A stretch of DNA of 64,000 nt from Trueperaceae bacterium (GTDB taxonomy: Bacteria; Deinococcota; Deinococci; Deinococcales; Trueperaceae), in assembly GCA_040905465.1 (NCBI GenBank), contig JBBDRK010000036.1:73244-137243 (forward strand), given 5' to 3'. Every line of letters starts with the position of its first letter. Within the stretch, counting starts at the first letter, position 1. Both the position numbers and the translations under genes were made by a program. Positions 27,616 through 37,679 of this stretch are shown here, one piece after another. Below the pieces are notes generated by a model. It was given only the letters and a program-made list of their open reading frames with translations. It searched no databases and had not been told where the DNA came from.

Positions 27616-28698
27616 TTACTGTTCGCGGTAGATGTAGCTGTTGTAGGCGTGGTCTCCGGTACGGTGCCACTCCCGCACACTCGCCTGAAACGCCTGGTAG
27701 CTCTCCAGCGTGCGCCGGTAGAGCTCGTTGCCGCTGGCGTTCTGCTCGTGGATCTCGTTGGTGGCACTCTCCAGCGTCGAGAGGATGTCGTTCGACATCG
27801 TACGCACCTCGGTGCCGCCGGCGATCAACCTCTGCAGGGCCGGCTCGTTGCGGGCGTTGTACTTCGCCAGCATCCGCTGGTTCGCTTCTGCCGATGCAGC
27901 GCGGATGGCACTCTGGATGTCGGCGGGAAGCCCGTCGTAGAGCGACTTGTCGATGTACGCCGAGAGCGAGGCACCGGGCTCTGCCCAGCTCGGAAAGTAG
28001 TAGTAGCGGGCGGCGTTCTGCAGGCCCAGGATCTCGTCGTCGTACGGTCCAACCCAGTCCGCGGCGTCGATCACACCGGTATCCAGGGCGAGGAAGATCT
28101 CGCCGCCCGGAAGGTTCTGGACATTGGCGCCGACGCGGCTCAGGACCTGGCCGCCGAAGCCCGGGAAGCGGATGGTCAGGCCCCGAAGGTCGGCCGGAGT
28201 GTTGATCTCCTTGTTGTACCAACCGCTGGTCTGTGGGCCGGTGTTGCCTGCCACGAACGTCTGCACGTTGTCCGGGTGGGTCAACTCGTCGGCCAGTTGC
28301 TGGCCGTCGCCCGAGATCATCCAGGCATCGAACTGCTGCGCGGTCATGCCGAACGGCACGGCAGTAAAGAACGCGTGCATCGGGTCCTTGTTGATGAAGT
28401 AGTACGGTGCGGCGTGCGCCATCTGGAAGGCGCCGCTCGACACGGCGTCATAGACTTCGAAGGCTCCCACCTGGGCGCCGGCCGGGAAGACCTCCACCTG
28501 GACGTCCCCATCGGTCAACTCGCCTATCAGGGCGGCGGTGTCCACGGCCCCGCCGTAGATGGTGTCGAGGGCGGTCGGCCAGGAGGTGACCATTCCCCAC
28601 TGGTAGGTGCTTCTCTGGGCGCTGGCGAACATCAGCGGCGATAACGATGCACTCGCCGTCACCACACCGGCCTTCTTGAGGAAATCACGACGCTTCAT
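27616..28698 (-). CDS. TRAP substrate-binding protein (DctP/TakP-like), Tat-exported
   Basis: MKRRDFLKK twin-arginine signal; VTSWP, GNTGPQ.GW, IRFPGFGG, WVGPYDD. Confidence 0.92.
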   Translation of the reverse strand: MKRRDFLKKAGVVTASASLSPLMFASAQRSTYQWGMVTSWPTALDTIYGGAVDTAALIGELTDGDVQVEVFPAGAQVGAFEVYDAVSSGAFQMAHAAPYYFINKDPMHAFFTAVPFGMTAQQFDAWMISGDGQQLADELTHPDNVQTFVAGNTGPQTSGWYNKEINTPADLRGLTIRFPGFGGQVLSRVGANVQNLPGGEIFLALDTGVIDAADWVGPYDDEILGLQNAARYYYFPSWAEPGASLSAYIDKSLYDGLPADIQSAIRAASAEANQRMLAKYNARNEPALQRLIAGGTEVRTMSNDILSTLESATNEIHEQNASGNELYRRTLESYQAFQASVREWHRTGDHAYNSYIYREQ

Positions 28699-28882
28699 GC
28701 GTACCTCCAGTAGTGGATTTTCAGGTCGAAACCGTCCCGATTATATACGTACGTGCCTCTTCGCCCGCAAGGAACGGCGTCGGGAGGGACACAAGCGGCG
28801 CGACAGGCGAACCGCTGCCGGGCGGGGCGAACCGCTGCTCTCGCCGTCGGGCTCGCTTTTGCCGCTCCGGGTCGCGCTCCGC

Positions 28883-30577
28883 TCAGTAGCGCCCCAGTCG
28901 AACGAGAAACTCGGCGCCGCTGGCGGCAGTGTTCACCACGTCGGCCGCAGTCAGTCCAGCCTTGCGCGCCATCGTGACCCCGTAGCGAAGATCGTCGAAA
29001 CCGTCGCCGCTGTGGGCGTCCGGGTCTATGGAAAAGGTGCAACCGAGCTCCTTGGCGCGAATCACCCAGCGCCAGTCGAGGTCCAGGCGGCGCGGGTTGG
29101 CGTTGATCTCTATTACCGTGCCCGTTTCGGCGCAGGCGGCTATCACCCGCTCCAGGTCCACGTCGTACCCTGGTCGCCGCAGCAGCAGCCGGCCGGTAGC
29201 GTGACCGAGAATGTTCACGTGCGGATTGGCCACCGCCCGGACGATACGCTCGGTCTGCTCATCGCGCGTCAGGCCGAAGTTCTGGTGGACGCTCGCCACG
29301 ACGTAGTCGAGCCGCGACAGCACCTCATCCGGGTAGTCGAGCGTGCCGTCGCCGCGAATGTCCACTTCGATGCCGTGGAGGAGCTCGAACGCCGACCCCT
29401 CGCTCGCCAGCTCGGCGCGGAGCGACAGTACCTCGCCGCTCTGTGCCTTGACCCGTTCCTCCGACAGCCCGTTGGCGACCGCCGAGCTCTGCGAGTGGTC
29501 GGCCATCGCCAGATAGGCGAAGCCGAACCGGCGGGCCATGTCCAGCATCTCGCGCAGCGAGAGGGCGCCGTCGGACCAGGTCGAGTGGTTGTGCACCAAG
29601 CCCCGCACCTCGCCGAGCTCCAGCAGCTCCGGAACCGGATCCGGTCTTCTCGTTTCGCGCAGTTCGGGTGGCGCCGCCGGGAGCCCGAGCCAGACCAGGA
29701 AATCCGCCTCCTCCTCGAAGTCCAGTGACTCCAACGCCGCTCGATCGTGCAGGTCGACGCCCTCAAACTCGGCACGTAGGGCGATCTCGGCGGCGAACTC
29801 TTCGCTTCCGGTGCGCAATGCCAGGACGGCGCCGAAAGCGCCCGGTGCCGTCGGCCGAAAGCCGATCCGGCGTCCCATCAGCGTCCCGAGCACCGCGCCG
29901 TCCGGCGACTCCGCATCTACTGCGTCGAGCAGGCGCGCCGCGAGATCGGCGAGTTCGGCAGCGTCTATGCCGGTAAGCACCAGCTCGATTCCGGCGACCG
30001 TCTCCAGTCCCCGGCGGTGCTCGCCCGCCACCGCTGCCCTGGCGGCGGGGAATTCGCTTATGACCGCCGCGAGTATCGCCTCGGCGAGCCGATCGGCTTC
30101 GTCGAGGCGCATCCGCGCGCGCGACTCGATCGCGAAGCGGGCCGATTCGAGAATCTTGGCGGCACTCTTGGCACCGAAGCCGGGCATGGCGGCCAGCCTT
30201 CCGCTCTCGGCCGCTTCCAGCAGCCCGTCGACGCCGGCGACACCGCTGCGCCAGAGGTTCCCGATTCTCTTGGCGCCGAGGCCCGACACTGCGAACATCT
30301 CCTTTACCTCGTCCGGCACTCGTGAGCGCAGGTCGGCAAGCGTGGGCAGGACACCGCTCTCGAACATCACCTGCAGCTCGGCGGCGGTCCCCGCACCCAC
30401 GCCACGCACTTCGGTGAAGCGTCCTTCCCGGTGCAGGGCAGTGACGTCGCCGCCGTACGACTCGAACGCTCGAGCCGCTGTCTGGAACGCACGGGCCCTG
30501 AACGGGTCCTCGCCGAGAACGTCCAGGAGCCGGGCGGCTTCGCCAAGCTGGGCCGCTACATCCTTCCTCGTGAACAC
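28883..30577 (-). CDS. polX: Family X DNA polymerase/PHP 3'-5' exonuclease with non-canonical polymerase site
   Basis: HhH motifs; GEHRRGLETV; PHP motifs HNHSTWSDG, DHS, EVD, HATGR, DAH; -10 TACACT 6 nt before GTG 30577. Confidence 0.9.
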   Translation of the reverse strand: MFTRKDVAAQLGEAARLLDVLGEDPFRARAFQTAARAFESYGGDVTALHREGRFTEVRGVGAGTAAELQVMFESGVLPTLADLRSRVPDEVKEMFAVSGLGAKRIGNLWRSGVAGVDGLLEAAESGRLAAMPGFGAKSAAKILESARFAIESRARMRLDEADRLAEAILAAVISEFPAARAAVAGEHRRGLETVAGIELVLTGIDAAELADLAARLLDAVDAESPDGAVLGTLMGRRIGFRPTAPGAFGAVLALRTGSEEFAAEIALRAEFEGVDLHDRAALESLDFEEEADFLVWLGLPAAPPELRETRRPDPVPELLELGEVRGLVHNHSTWSDGALSLREMLDMARRFGFAYLAMADHSQSSAVANGLSEERVKAQSGEVLSLRAELASEGSAFELLHGIEVDIRGDGTLDYPDEVLSRLDYVVASVHQNFGLTRDEQTERIVRAVANPHVNILGHATGRLLLRRPGYDVDLERVIAACAETGTVIEINANPRRLDLDWRWVIRAKELGCTFSIDPDAHSGDGFDDLRYGVTMARKAGLTAADVVNTAASGAEFLVRLGRY

Positions 30578-30846
30578 GTATCGAGTGTACCCATCGGCGC
30601 CGAGCGTTAGCCTGTTTCCGGCGCCCGAGGATGAGCCGACGGTGAAGGTCCGGCCCGTCGTCAACATGCCGGCCACGTGTTAAATTCGTCACAGGGAGAC
30701 AAGCGCGGCTCGTACAGACGGCCGAGGCCAGGGAACGAGTACCGGAAGGCGAGCCTCCGCTCCGATGCGGTCCGGCAGCCCGAGGCACAAGTACCTGAAG
30801 CCGTGGCGCTGGCTGGGTGCGCGACCCGACCACGAAGGAGGAAATC

Positions 30847-31710
30847 GTGAAGCTAAAGCTATTGGTGACCATCATCCTTACGGCACTGCTGCTGGTACCG
30901 GCCTCCGGCGCCGCCCAGGGCGAGATTCCCGACACCCTGACATTGGGCATGGTGCCCAGCCGCGAAGCCGACCGGATCGTCGACTCGCTCGATCCGCTGG
31001 CAGACATGCTGAGCGAGCGCCTGCTCATACCGGTCGAGACGTTCGTTTCGACGAACTACGTCGGTCTGGTCGAGGCGATGGGTACCGGCCGCGTCGACAT
31101 CGGACTGTTCGGCCCGGCGGCACTGGTGCAGGCGATGGACCGTCACGGCGCAGAAGTGATCCTGGCTTCCGTGCGTTTCGGATCGAACACCTACAAGTCG
31201 CAGTTCACCGTCCGTTGCAACAGCGGCATCGAGAGCTTCGAGGATCTGCGCGGCAAGAGCATCGCGTTCGTCGAGCCGGGTTCGACCTCGGGATACCAGT
31301 TCCCCTACGTTTTCCTCAAGAACGAGCACGGCATCGACCCCAACACCGACATGGACCCGATCAACGCCGGTAGCCACGACGCCGCCGTTCTCGCTGTCTA
31401 CAACGGCGACGTAGACGTGTCCACCACCTTCAACGACGCGCGCACCGCCATCGAGGGCGACTACCCCGACGTGATGGACAAGCTGTGCGTGCTCGGCTAC
31501 ACCCGAGACATCCCCAACGACGGCGTGGTGGTCCGTCCCGACCTCGACGACGACCTCAAGCAGCAGATCCAGCAGGCGCTCATCGAGATCGCCGAGACCG
31601 AAGAGGGCAAGGCGCTGACCGACGAACTGTTCAACGTCACCGGCTTCGCTCCCATCGATCCTTCCGCTTACGACGTAGTTCGTGACGTGTCACGGGAATT
31701 CCAGCGCTGA
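30847..31710 (+). CDS. phnD: Phosphonate/phosphite/phosphate ABC substrate-binding protein
   Basis: Signal peptide; GSTSGY, AGSHD, IPND; AAGGAGG RBS. Confidence 0.88.
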   Translation: MKLKLLVTIILTALLLVPASGAAQGEIPDTLTLGMVPSREADRIVDSLDPLADMLSERLLIPVETFVSTNYVGLVEAMGTGRVDIGLFGPAALVQAMDRHGAEVILASVRFGSNTYKSQFTVRCNSGIESFEDLRGKSIAFVEPGSTSGYQFPYVFLKNEHGIDPNTDMDPINAGSHDAAVLAVYNGDVDVSTTFNDARTAIEGDYPDVMDKLCVLGYTRDIPNDGVVVRPDLDDDLKQQIQQALIEIAETEEGKALTDELFNVTGFAPIDPSAYDVVRDVSREFQR

Positions 31711-31728
31711 GCTGATCGAGTTTCGGCT

Positions 31729-31763
31729 GCGGGGCCCGGGTGATCCCGGGTCCCGCTGCTTTT
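31729..31763 (+). terminator. Hairpin with T tract after phnD
   Basis: GCGGGGCCCGGG-TGAT-CCCGGGTCCCGC followed by TGCTTTT. Confidence 0.6.
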
Positions 31764-31844
31764 GGCCATCTCGTTGACGACGCTCGATCGGTACCGGTAT
31801 GTGGTGCCACCGAACGCCTCGATGGGCTAGACTCGTTACCGCAC

Positions 31845-32615
31845 ATGATCGAATTTCACGACGTAGAAGTCGTTTACCCGAACGGATTCAAAGCCCTGAA
31901 GGGGATCAACCTCGAGATACCGCGCGGCCAGTTCGTCGTCATAGTCGGCCTGTCCGGTGCCGGCAAGTCCACCCTGATACGCACCGTCAACAACCTGGTG
32001 GTTCCCGTTGCCGGTGACGTCCGCGTGGACGGCAAGTCGGTGACCAAGGCCACAGGCGGCGAGTTGCGGCGGTTGCGATCCGGTATCGGAATGATCTTCC
32101 AGACCTTCAATCTGGTCAAGCGCAGCACGGTGATCAGGAACGTGCTGGCGGGCAGGCTGGGCGACAACAACGCCCTGCTGAGCCTGCTGGGGATCTTCGC
32201 GAAGAGCGACGTCGCCCTGGCACACGAGTCGCTGCAGCGGGTCGGCATTCCGGAGAAGGCGTTCGTTCGGGCCGACGCGCTATCGGGCGGCCAGCAGCAA
32301 CGTGTCGGAATCGCCCGCGCGCTCGCTCAGCGACCGAGCATCATGCTGGCCGACGAGCCGGTAGCGTCGCTCGATCCGCCCACGTCGCACTCGGTTATGC
32401 GCGACCTCAAGCGCATCTCGCGGGAGGATGGAATCACGACCCTGGTCAATCTGCACTTCATCGACATGGCTCGGGAATATGCCGATCGGATCGTCGGCAT
32501 GAACGGCGGGGAAATCGTCTTCGACGGCACGCCCGACGAAGCCACTGACGATGTCTTCGAGCGCATCTACGGACGAGAGATCGACGAGGAGCACGACATT
32601 CGTGGGGCAGCCTGA
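31845..32615 (+). CDS. phnC: Phosphonate ABC ATP-binding protein
   Basis: GLSGAGKST, IGMIFQTFNLV, LSGGQQQRV, LADEPVASLDP. Confidence 0.92.
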   Translation: MIEFHDVEVVYPNGFKALKGINLEIPRGQFVVIVGLSGAGKSTLIRTVNNLVVPVAGDVRVDGKSVTKATGGELRRLRSGIGMIFQTFNLVKRSTVIRNVLAGRLGDNNALLSLLGIFAKSDVALAHESLQRVGIPEKAFVRADALSGGQQQRVGIARALAQRPSIMLADEPVASLDPPTSHSVMRDLKRISREDGITTLVNLHFIDMAREYADRIVGMNGGEIVFDGTPDEATDDVFERIYGREIDEEHDIRGAA

Positions 32616-33384
32616 CGCCGCTCCGGCGATCGCCGGTCGCTTACGGACGATCGGAACGGCGGCTATCTTCCTGGCGCTGCTATGGGTCGCGGGAAGGCAG
32701 ACCGACTTCTCTTTCGTCGACCTGTGGACCGGGGCGAACGACTTCTTCGGTTTCTTCCTCCGGCTGAACCCCGACTGGCGGGCACTGTCGCAAATCTGGG
32801 CGCCGCTTCTGGAGACGCTGCAGATCGCCTACCTGGGGACCGTGTTCGGCACGCTCCTGGCTGCTCCCTTAATCTTCCTGGCGTCGTTCAATACCACCGC
32901 GAACGCCCCGGTGATGTGGATCGCCCGCACCATTCTCACGCTCATCCGCAGCATCCCCGATCTGCTCTACGCCGCGATCCTTGCTCCGATACTGTCGATA
33001 GGACCGCTGCCGGGCGTGGTCGCGCTGACGATCTTCACCATGGCGGTGCTCGCCAAGCTGGCGTCCGAGACGGTGGAGGCGGTCGATCCGGGACCTTTGG
33101 AGGCCTTGCGGGCCACAGGAGCCGGTCGTAACCGCATGATCGTCTACTCGGTGCTTCCGCAGATCGGCGCCACCATGACCTCCTATATCCTCTACGTCTT
33201 CGAGATCAACGTTCGCGCTTCCACGGTGCTGGGCCTGGTGGGTGCCGGCGGACTGGGACAGTTGCTGGTCACCTATCTGAACTTCTTCGACTATGAAGGC
33301 ATCGCCGTCCTGATCATCGTGATCTTCGCCGTGGTGCTCCTCATCGACGCGGCCTCGGTCTACATTCGCACGAGGCTGCTCTGA
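32602..33384 (+). CDS. phnE: Phosphonate ABC permease
   Basis: ETLQIA, RSIPDL, FEINVRASTVLGLVGAGG. Confidence 0.9.
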   Translation: MGQPDAAPAIAGRLRTIGTAAIFLALLWVAGRQTDFSFVDLWTGANDFFGFFLRLNPDWRALSQIWAPLLETLQIAYLGTVFGTLLAAPLIFLASFNTTANAPVMWIARTILTLIRSIPDLLYAAILAPILSIGPLPGVVALTIFTMAVLAKLASETVEAVDPGPLEALRATGAGRNRMIVYSVLPQIGATMTSYILYVFEINVRASTVLGLVGAGGLGQLLVTYLNFFDYEGIAVLIIVIFAVVLLIDAASVYIRTRLL

Positions 33385-34208
33385 TGGCGGACGAGCGCGC
33401 CAGCGGCCGCGCGGCAAGCGTGCCGCCACTTCCGGATCGAGCCAGGCGCAGCATCGTGCTGCAGTACGTCATCGTCATCGGCATCCTCGGTTTGGCGATT
33501 CTCTCCCTCTACGCCCTGGACCTGCCTTCGTGGAGCCGTGTCGTGCGTGGGTTGGAGAACAACATGCTGCGTCTTCTGCGCGGCTTCATCGACCCGGAGT
33601 GGGGCACCGCGCCACTGGCCATCACGGCCATGACGGAGACCTTCTTCATGGCCGTCATCGGCACCACCATAGGAGCCTTCCTCGCCTTCCCCCTCTCCTT
33701 CCTCGGCGCCGCCAACCTGGTCGGAGGCACGCGCTGGGCGTTTCCCGGGAAGACCCTGCTGGTTGCAATCCGCACGTTTCCGGAGATCCTCCTGGCCATC
33801 ATCTTCGTGCTCGCCGCCGGTCCCGGCCCCACCGCCGGAATAATGGCGATGGGCATCCACTCGATCGGCTTCCTGGGCAAGATATTCGCCGACATCATCG
33901 AGTCGATCGACCCTGGTCCCAACGAGGCGATTCGCGCCGCCGGCGGCAACCAGCTGCACGTCTTCTTCTATTCGGTGGTGCCGCAGGTCCTTCCGGAGTT
34001 CGCCTCCACCACGCTATACCGCTTCGAGATCAACCTTCGCGCCGCAACCATCCTCGGCCTGGTCGGCGCCGGCGGTATCGGGCTGCCGATGATCCAGCGC
34101 ATCCAGTTCCGCCGCTGGGACGAGGTTTCCATGCTGCTCATCGTGATCGTCTCGGTGATCATCGTGGTGGACGCGGTGAGCTCGAGGATCAGGCGCCGGC
34201 TCGTGTGA
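33384..34208 (+). CDS. phnE: Phosphonate ABC permease (second)
   Basis: RTFPEI, YRFEINLRAATILGLVGAGGIG. Confidence 0.9.
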   Translation: MADERASGRAASVPPLPDRARRSIVLQYVIVIGILGLAILSLYALDLPSWSRVVRGLENNMLRLLRGFIDPEWGTAPLAITAMTETFFMAVIGTTIGAFLAFPLSFLGAANLVGGTRWAFPGKTLLVAIRTFPEILLAIIFVLAAGPGPTAGIMAMGIHSIGFLGKIFADIIESIDPGPNEAIRAAGGNQLHVFFYSVVPQVLPEFASTTLYRFEINLRAATILGLVGAGGIGLPMIQRIQFRRWDEVSMLLIVIVSVIIVVDAVSSRIRRRLV

Positions 34209-34390
34209 CCGGGACGTGAGCCGGCCACGCCGGGTGTTCGACGTATCGGAGCGGCCCTGACGGTCCTCGCTGCCGCCTCCGGTAATACCGAACCTTCGGT
34301 CGGGCGCCGCTCACAGCGGTGAATCTCACGTTCGCGGCACGACCTCACTGGCTAGACTGCCGTCCGTAGCTGGCTCTAAGGAGGCCCACA

Positions 34391-34849
34391 ATGTTGATCC
34401 GACGCGTGATTCCCGTCGCCCTGCTGCTGATGCTCCTTTTCGGCTCGACCCAGGCGCAGAACTGGATCGGGGTTCGCTCCGGCTTCCCTTGGGGAGCGAA
34501 CGTCCACTACGGCCTGGGCGACGCGTTCGGCGCCGGATCTCATGGCCGGGTGAGCCTGGCGTTGCGGGGCAGTGACTTCGGTGTCGGATTCGACTTCCTG
34601 AATACCCTCTCGGTCGAGCCGCCTTTCGAAATCTACGTTGGCGGGGGCCCGCTGCTGCTCATCGGCGGCAACGGGCTGCTGGTGGATCTTCATGCGTTCC
34701 TGGGCGGCGAGTTCGTGCTCAGCGACCTCGACCTCGAGGAGTTGGGCATCTTTGCCGAACTCGGCCTTGGTGGTGGTATCGGCTTCGGCAGCCGTGCGCA
34801 TGAGAACGCGACAGTACGCGGCGCACTTGGCTTCAACTACCGCTTTTGA
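34391..34849 (+). CDS. Small outer-membrane beta-barrel-like protein
   Basis: TAAGGAGG RBS; signal peptide; alternating Gly/aromatic strands; C-terminal GFNYRF. Confidence 0.7.
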   Translation: MLIRRVIPVALLLMLLFGSTQAQNWIGVRSGFPWGANVHYGLGDAFGAGSHGRVSLALRGSDFGVGFDFLNTLSVEPPFEIYVGGGPLLLIGGNGLLVDLHAFLGGEFVLSDLDLEELGIFAELGLGGGIGFGSRAHENATVRGALGFNYRF

Positions 34850-34918
34850 GAGTCAGCCGGCGGCCCATGCCGCACGGCCTGGATCAAAGGCGATCTCGGT
34901 AGCGCCCGGGGCCGCTGT

Positions 34919-35695
34919 TCAGATGCCCAGCTTGTCGGCTATGCGCCGCAACCCCTGCAGCGTGAGCAGCGGCTCGAAAGTGTCGACGTTGCGGCAGTGG
35001 CCGCGCACTACCTCGGCGAAACCACCCGTGGCGATCACCTCCACCGTACGGAACTCCGGGTCTATCTCGCGCTTTATCCTCGTCACCATGCCGTCGACCA
35101 TCTCGGCGTAACCGAACACCAGTCCGGACTGAAGCGCGCTCACTGTGTTCTTTCCCACGGCCTTGGCCGGCGCCACCAGATCGACGCGTGGCAGCTTCGC
35201 CGCCCTCGCGAACAGTGCCTCGGCGGCAACCATCGGCCCCGGCGCGAGGGCGACACCCAGCAGCCGGTTCGGCTTGACCATCAGGTCGAAGTTGGTGGCG
35301 GTCCCGAAGTCGACGATCACGAAGGCGTCGGCAGCCGGGCGCTCGAGCGCGGCGATTGCGTTGACGAGCCGATCGGCGCCCACCTCGCGAGGGTTGTCGG
35401 TCTCGACCTGCAACAGCCCGTCAAGCATGGCGCTGTTGACGAGCGCGCTCTCCGCCCGCCAATAGCGCTTCAGTGCGTAGGAGAGCTCACGCTCCACCGG
35501 AGGAGCCACGGACGACACTATCGCCCGGTCGGGCGGCGGCAGATCCTCCAATTCGAGAAGACTCTTGATGAGCACCGCATACTGGTCGGCCATGCGGATG
35601 CGGTCGGTGGCCACGCGCCAGTGGGCGGCGAGCCGCGGTCCGTCGTAGAGGCCCATGACGGTGGAGGTGTTGCCTACGTCGACGGCCAGGAGCAT
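34919..35695 (-). CDS. coaX: Type III pantothenate kinase
   Basis: [29 protein letters not shown]; -10 TATAGT 6 nt upstream. Confidence 0.95.
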   Translation of the reverse strand: MLLAVDVGNTSTVMGLYDGPRLAAHWRVATDRIRMADQYAVLIKSLLELEDLPPPDRAIVSSVAPPVERELSYALKRYWRAESALVNSAMLDGLLQVETDNPREVGADRLVNAIAALERPAADAFVIVDFGTATNFDLMVKPNRLLGVALAPGPMVAAEALFARAAKLPRVDLVAPAKAVGKNTVSALQSGLVFGYAEMVDGMVTRIKREIDPEFRTVEVIATGGFAEVVRGHCRNVDTFEPLLTLQGLRRIADKLGI

Positions 35696-35859
35696 GCGGT
35701 AACTATACCGTTGGAGTCGCTGCGATCCGAGCGCCCTCCGGCGTTGCCGCCCCGACTCGCCGCGAGGCAATGTCGCTGGCGCCGCGCTCTGTCACGGCGG
35801 TCTCGGCGATTCCCCGGGCCGTAAGCGGCGGCATTGGAGCCGCTTGGTACACTCTTCGT

Positions 35860-36408
35860 ATGACCATCCAGCCCGACCGGTGGATTCGCGAGCAAGCCCT
35901 GAAGGGGATGATCGAGCCCTTCAGCGACAACCTGGTGCGAGAGGGCGTGATCTCATACGGCCTCTCCAGCTTCGGTTACGACCTGCGCGCCGCGCCGGAC
36001 TGGCGCATCTTCGTCAACGCCTTCAATACCGTGGTCGACCCCAAGCACTTCGACACCGATTCGCTGGTCGAGGCGCACGGCGACACCTGCGTGATCCCGC
36101 CCAACTCGTTCGTGCTGACCCGCTCGCTGGAGTACATGCGGATTCCCGAAGACGTCATGGTCGTGGCGCTGGGGAAAAGCAGCTATGCAAGGTGCGGGAT
36201 CGTAGCGAACGTAACGCCGCTGGAGCCGGGTTGGGAGGGGCACGTGACGCTCGAGTTGTCGAACACCACGCCGCTGCCCGCCAAGGTGTATGCCCACGAA
36301 GGCATCGTCCAGCTGCTGTTCTTCAAGGGCGAGAGGCCGGAAACGACCTACGCCGACCGGAAGGGCAAGTATCAGGGCCAGCGGGGGGTGACTCTGCCGA
36401 AGCTCTGA
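35860..36408 (+). CDS. dcd: dCTP deaminase
   Basis: [39 protein letters not shown]; -10 TACACT at 35848-35853. Confidence 0.95.
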   Translation: MTIQPDRWIREQALKGMIEPFSDNLVREGVISYGLSSFGYDLRAAPDWRIFVNAFNTVVDPKHFDTDSLVEAHGDTCVIPPNSFVLTRSLEYMRIPEDVMVVALGKSSYARCGIVANVTPLEPGWEGHVTLELSNTTPLPAKVYAHEGIVQLLFFKGERPETTYADRKGKYQGQRGVTLPKL

Positions 36409-36617
36409 TGGACATCCTCCAACCAACGGGCCGTCGACGAGTCGCGACTCCGATGTCCTCTCTACAGGAAATAACCGTGGCGGATTTAACATCGACTGAG
36501 CAGCACTATCAGTTCTTGGCCGGCCGAAGTCTGCCGGCCGAGTCGGTCAAGGAGAAGGTGCGCTTTCACCTTCCCCTCGTGAGGAAGAATTCCTTCCTAG
36601 ATGAGCGTTCTGGATGA
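36408..36617 (+). other. Short ORF coupled to the dcd stop (TGATG); possibly a gene remnant
   Basis: ATG overlaps the dcd TGA; 69 aa; no recognised motif. Confidence 0.25.
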
Positions 36618-37350
36618 TGTCAGCTGCCAACGCGTACATCTCGCCTCGGGTGAGTCGCAGACCAGGTTCGAAGCCCGACGGCAGAAACCCGGCGTCCAAT
36701 TCGCAGTCCTCAGTAGGGCACATACCCAACTCGATAACGGCGGCCCGCGTCATCGACAGGGCCAGTTCAGGGGAGAGCGGGGCTTGGCCGACGTCGAAGC
36801 TCGCTAGCAGAGTCTGGCCGAGAGCGTGCTCGGCAAGGAAGCGAGTGCCGACATTACTCAGGAGGTAGATGTAGTCAATAGCCCGCACAAGCTCATCGAG
36901 GCGCGGTTCGTTGTCGTAACCGCCAACCGCCAACCCGCGCGATAGTAGCAGCCGGTACGCATCATAGGACATGTGCTCACGGGGACCGACCGGCTCCCGG
37001 TTCGTGATGTCCGGCAGGTAGGCGCCGCGTTGCTCCAGCACCGTTCTAATCAGGTCAATCAGCTCGTAATCCGAGACGAGATCAAGAGGACGGACGCCCA
37101 ACCGCTCTGCTTGCGCCGCCGCAACTCCGACCGCCTCTCCCACAACCATGCCGAGCGGTACGACTCGCGCGCTCGACGCCGCTATCGGGTCGTATCCAGC
37201 CGTCTTGCCCACTACCCAAAGGTTGTCGACACCCTTTGGAACGCTGATGCAAAGGGGTACCCCGTAGATATCGGGGACACCGAATACGAAGCCGTTATCG
37301 GACGGCGTGAGCGTCTGCACGTCCAAAGGGTAGCCCCCTGCGGTGACGTC
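36547..37350 (-). pseudogene. 5'-truncated FAD-dependent oxidoreductase (C-terminal part only)
   Basis: GGYPLDVQ...YGVPL...PKGVDNLWVVGK...SSARVV..GMVVGEAVGVAAA; no N-terminal GxGxxG; visibly more AT-rich than flanks. Confidence 0.75.
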
Positions 37351-37536
37351 AGGGCGTTGGACGCTCTGAGCGAAAAGTTGAAGATATCCCGCGCCGCATT
37401 GGTAAGAGAGGCCATCAGTGAGTACCTGGATCGCAATCGGACAGCGCGGCTCGATGATACTTTCGGCCTGTGGAAACACAGCCAGGTCGACGGCGTCGAC
37501 TATCAGCGGACCCTCCGAGACGAGTGGGGCGAGTGA
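37345..37536 (+). pseudogene. RHH/CopG antitoxin (VapB-like) lacking its N-terminal start
   Basis: DVRALDALSEKLKISRAALVREAISEYL...FGLWK...DGVDYQRTLRDEW. Confidence 0.75.
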
Positions 37537-37562
37537 GGGCGGTATTCGACACCAATATTCTT
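37533..37562 (+). pseudogene. First 10 codons of a PIN/VapC toxin
   Basis: GTGA overlap with the antitoxin stop; reads (M)RAVFDTNIL, then runs into unrelated sequence. Confidence 0.7.
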
Positions 37563-37651
37563 ACCCGGGCACGTCGGCCAAAGGCAGCCGTACTCCGGAA
37601 CTCGGTGAAACCGGGCCGGCTCTCCAGGTCGACCCACCCACCGTGAGCCTC
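37561..37651 (-). repeat. Diverged second copy of the last 30 codons of the histidine kinase (38076-38165)
   Basis: Aligns end to end with 12 substitutions and one 1-nt insertion; ends ..ADVPG-TAA versus ..ADVPE-TGA. Confidence 0.9.
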
Positions 37652-37679
37652 AGTGGCGCACCAGTTCGCGGCGCTTCAT
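37650..37679 (-). pseudogene. First 9 codons of a HicA-like toxin
   Basis: ATGA overlap with the hicB stop; MKRRELVRH then stop at the repeat boundary. Confidence 0.7.

Noticed and set aside
26166-28205. 679-aa plus-strand ORF
   Set aside because: Alternative frame over the TRAP genes with no recognisable motif
28806-28838. GGCGAACCGCTGC duplicated in the dctP-polX intergenic region
   Set aside because: Only two copies in very GC-rich DNA; no further support for function
30660-30695. PHO box upstream of phnD
   Set aside because: GTTAA/GTCAC half-sites are 9 bp apart rather than 11; too weak
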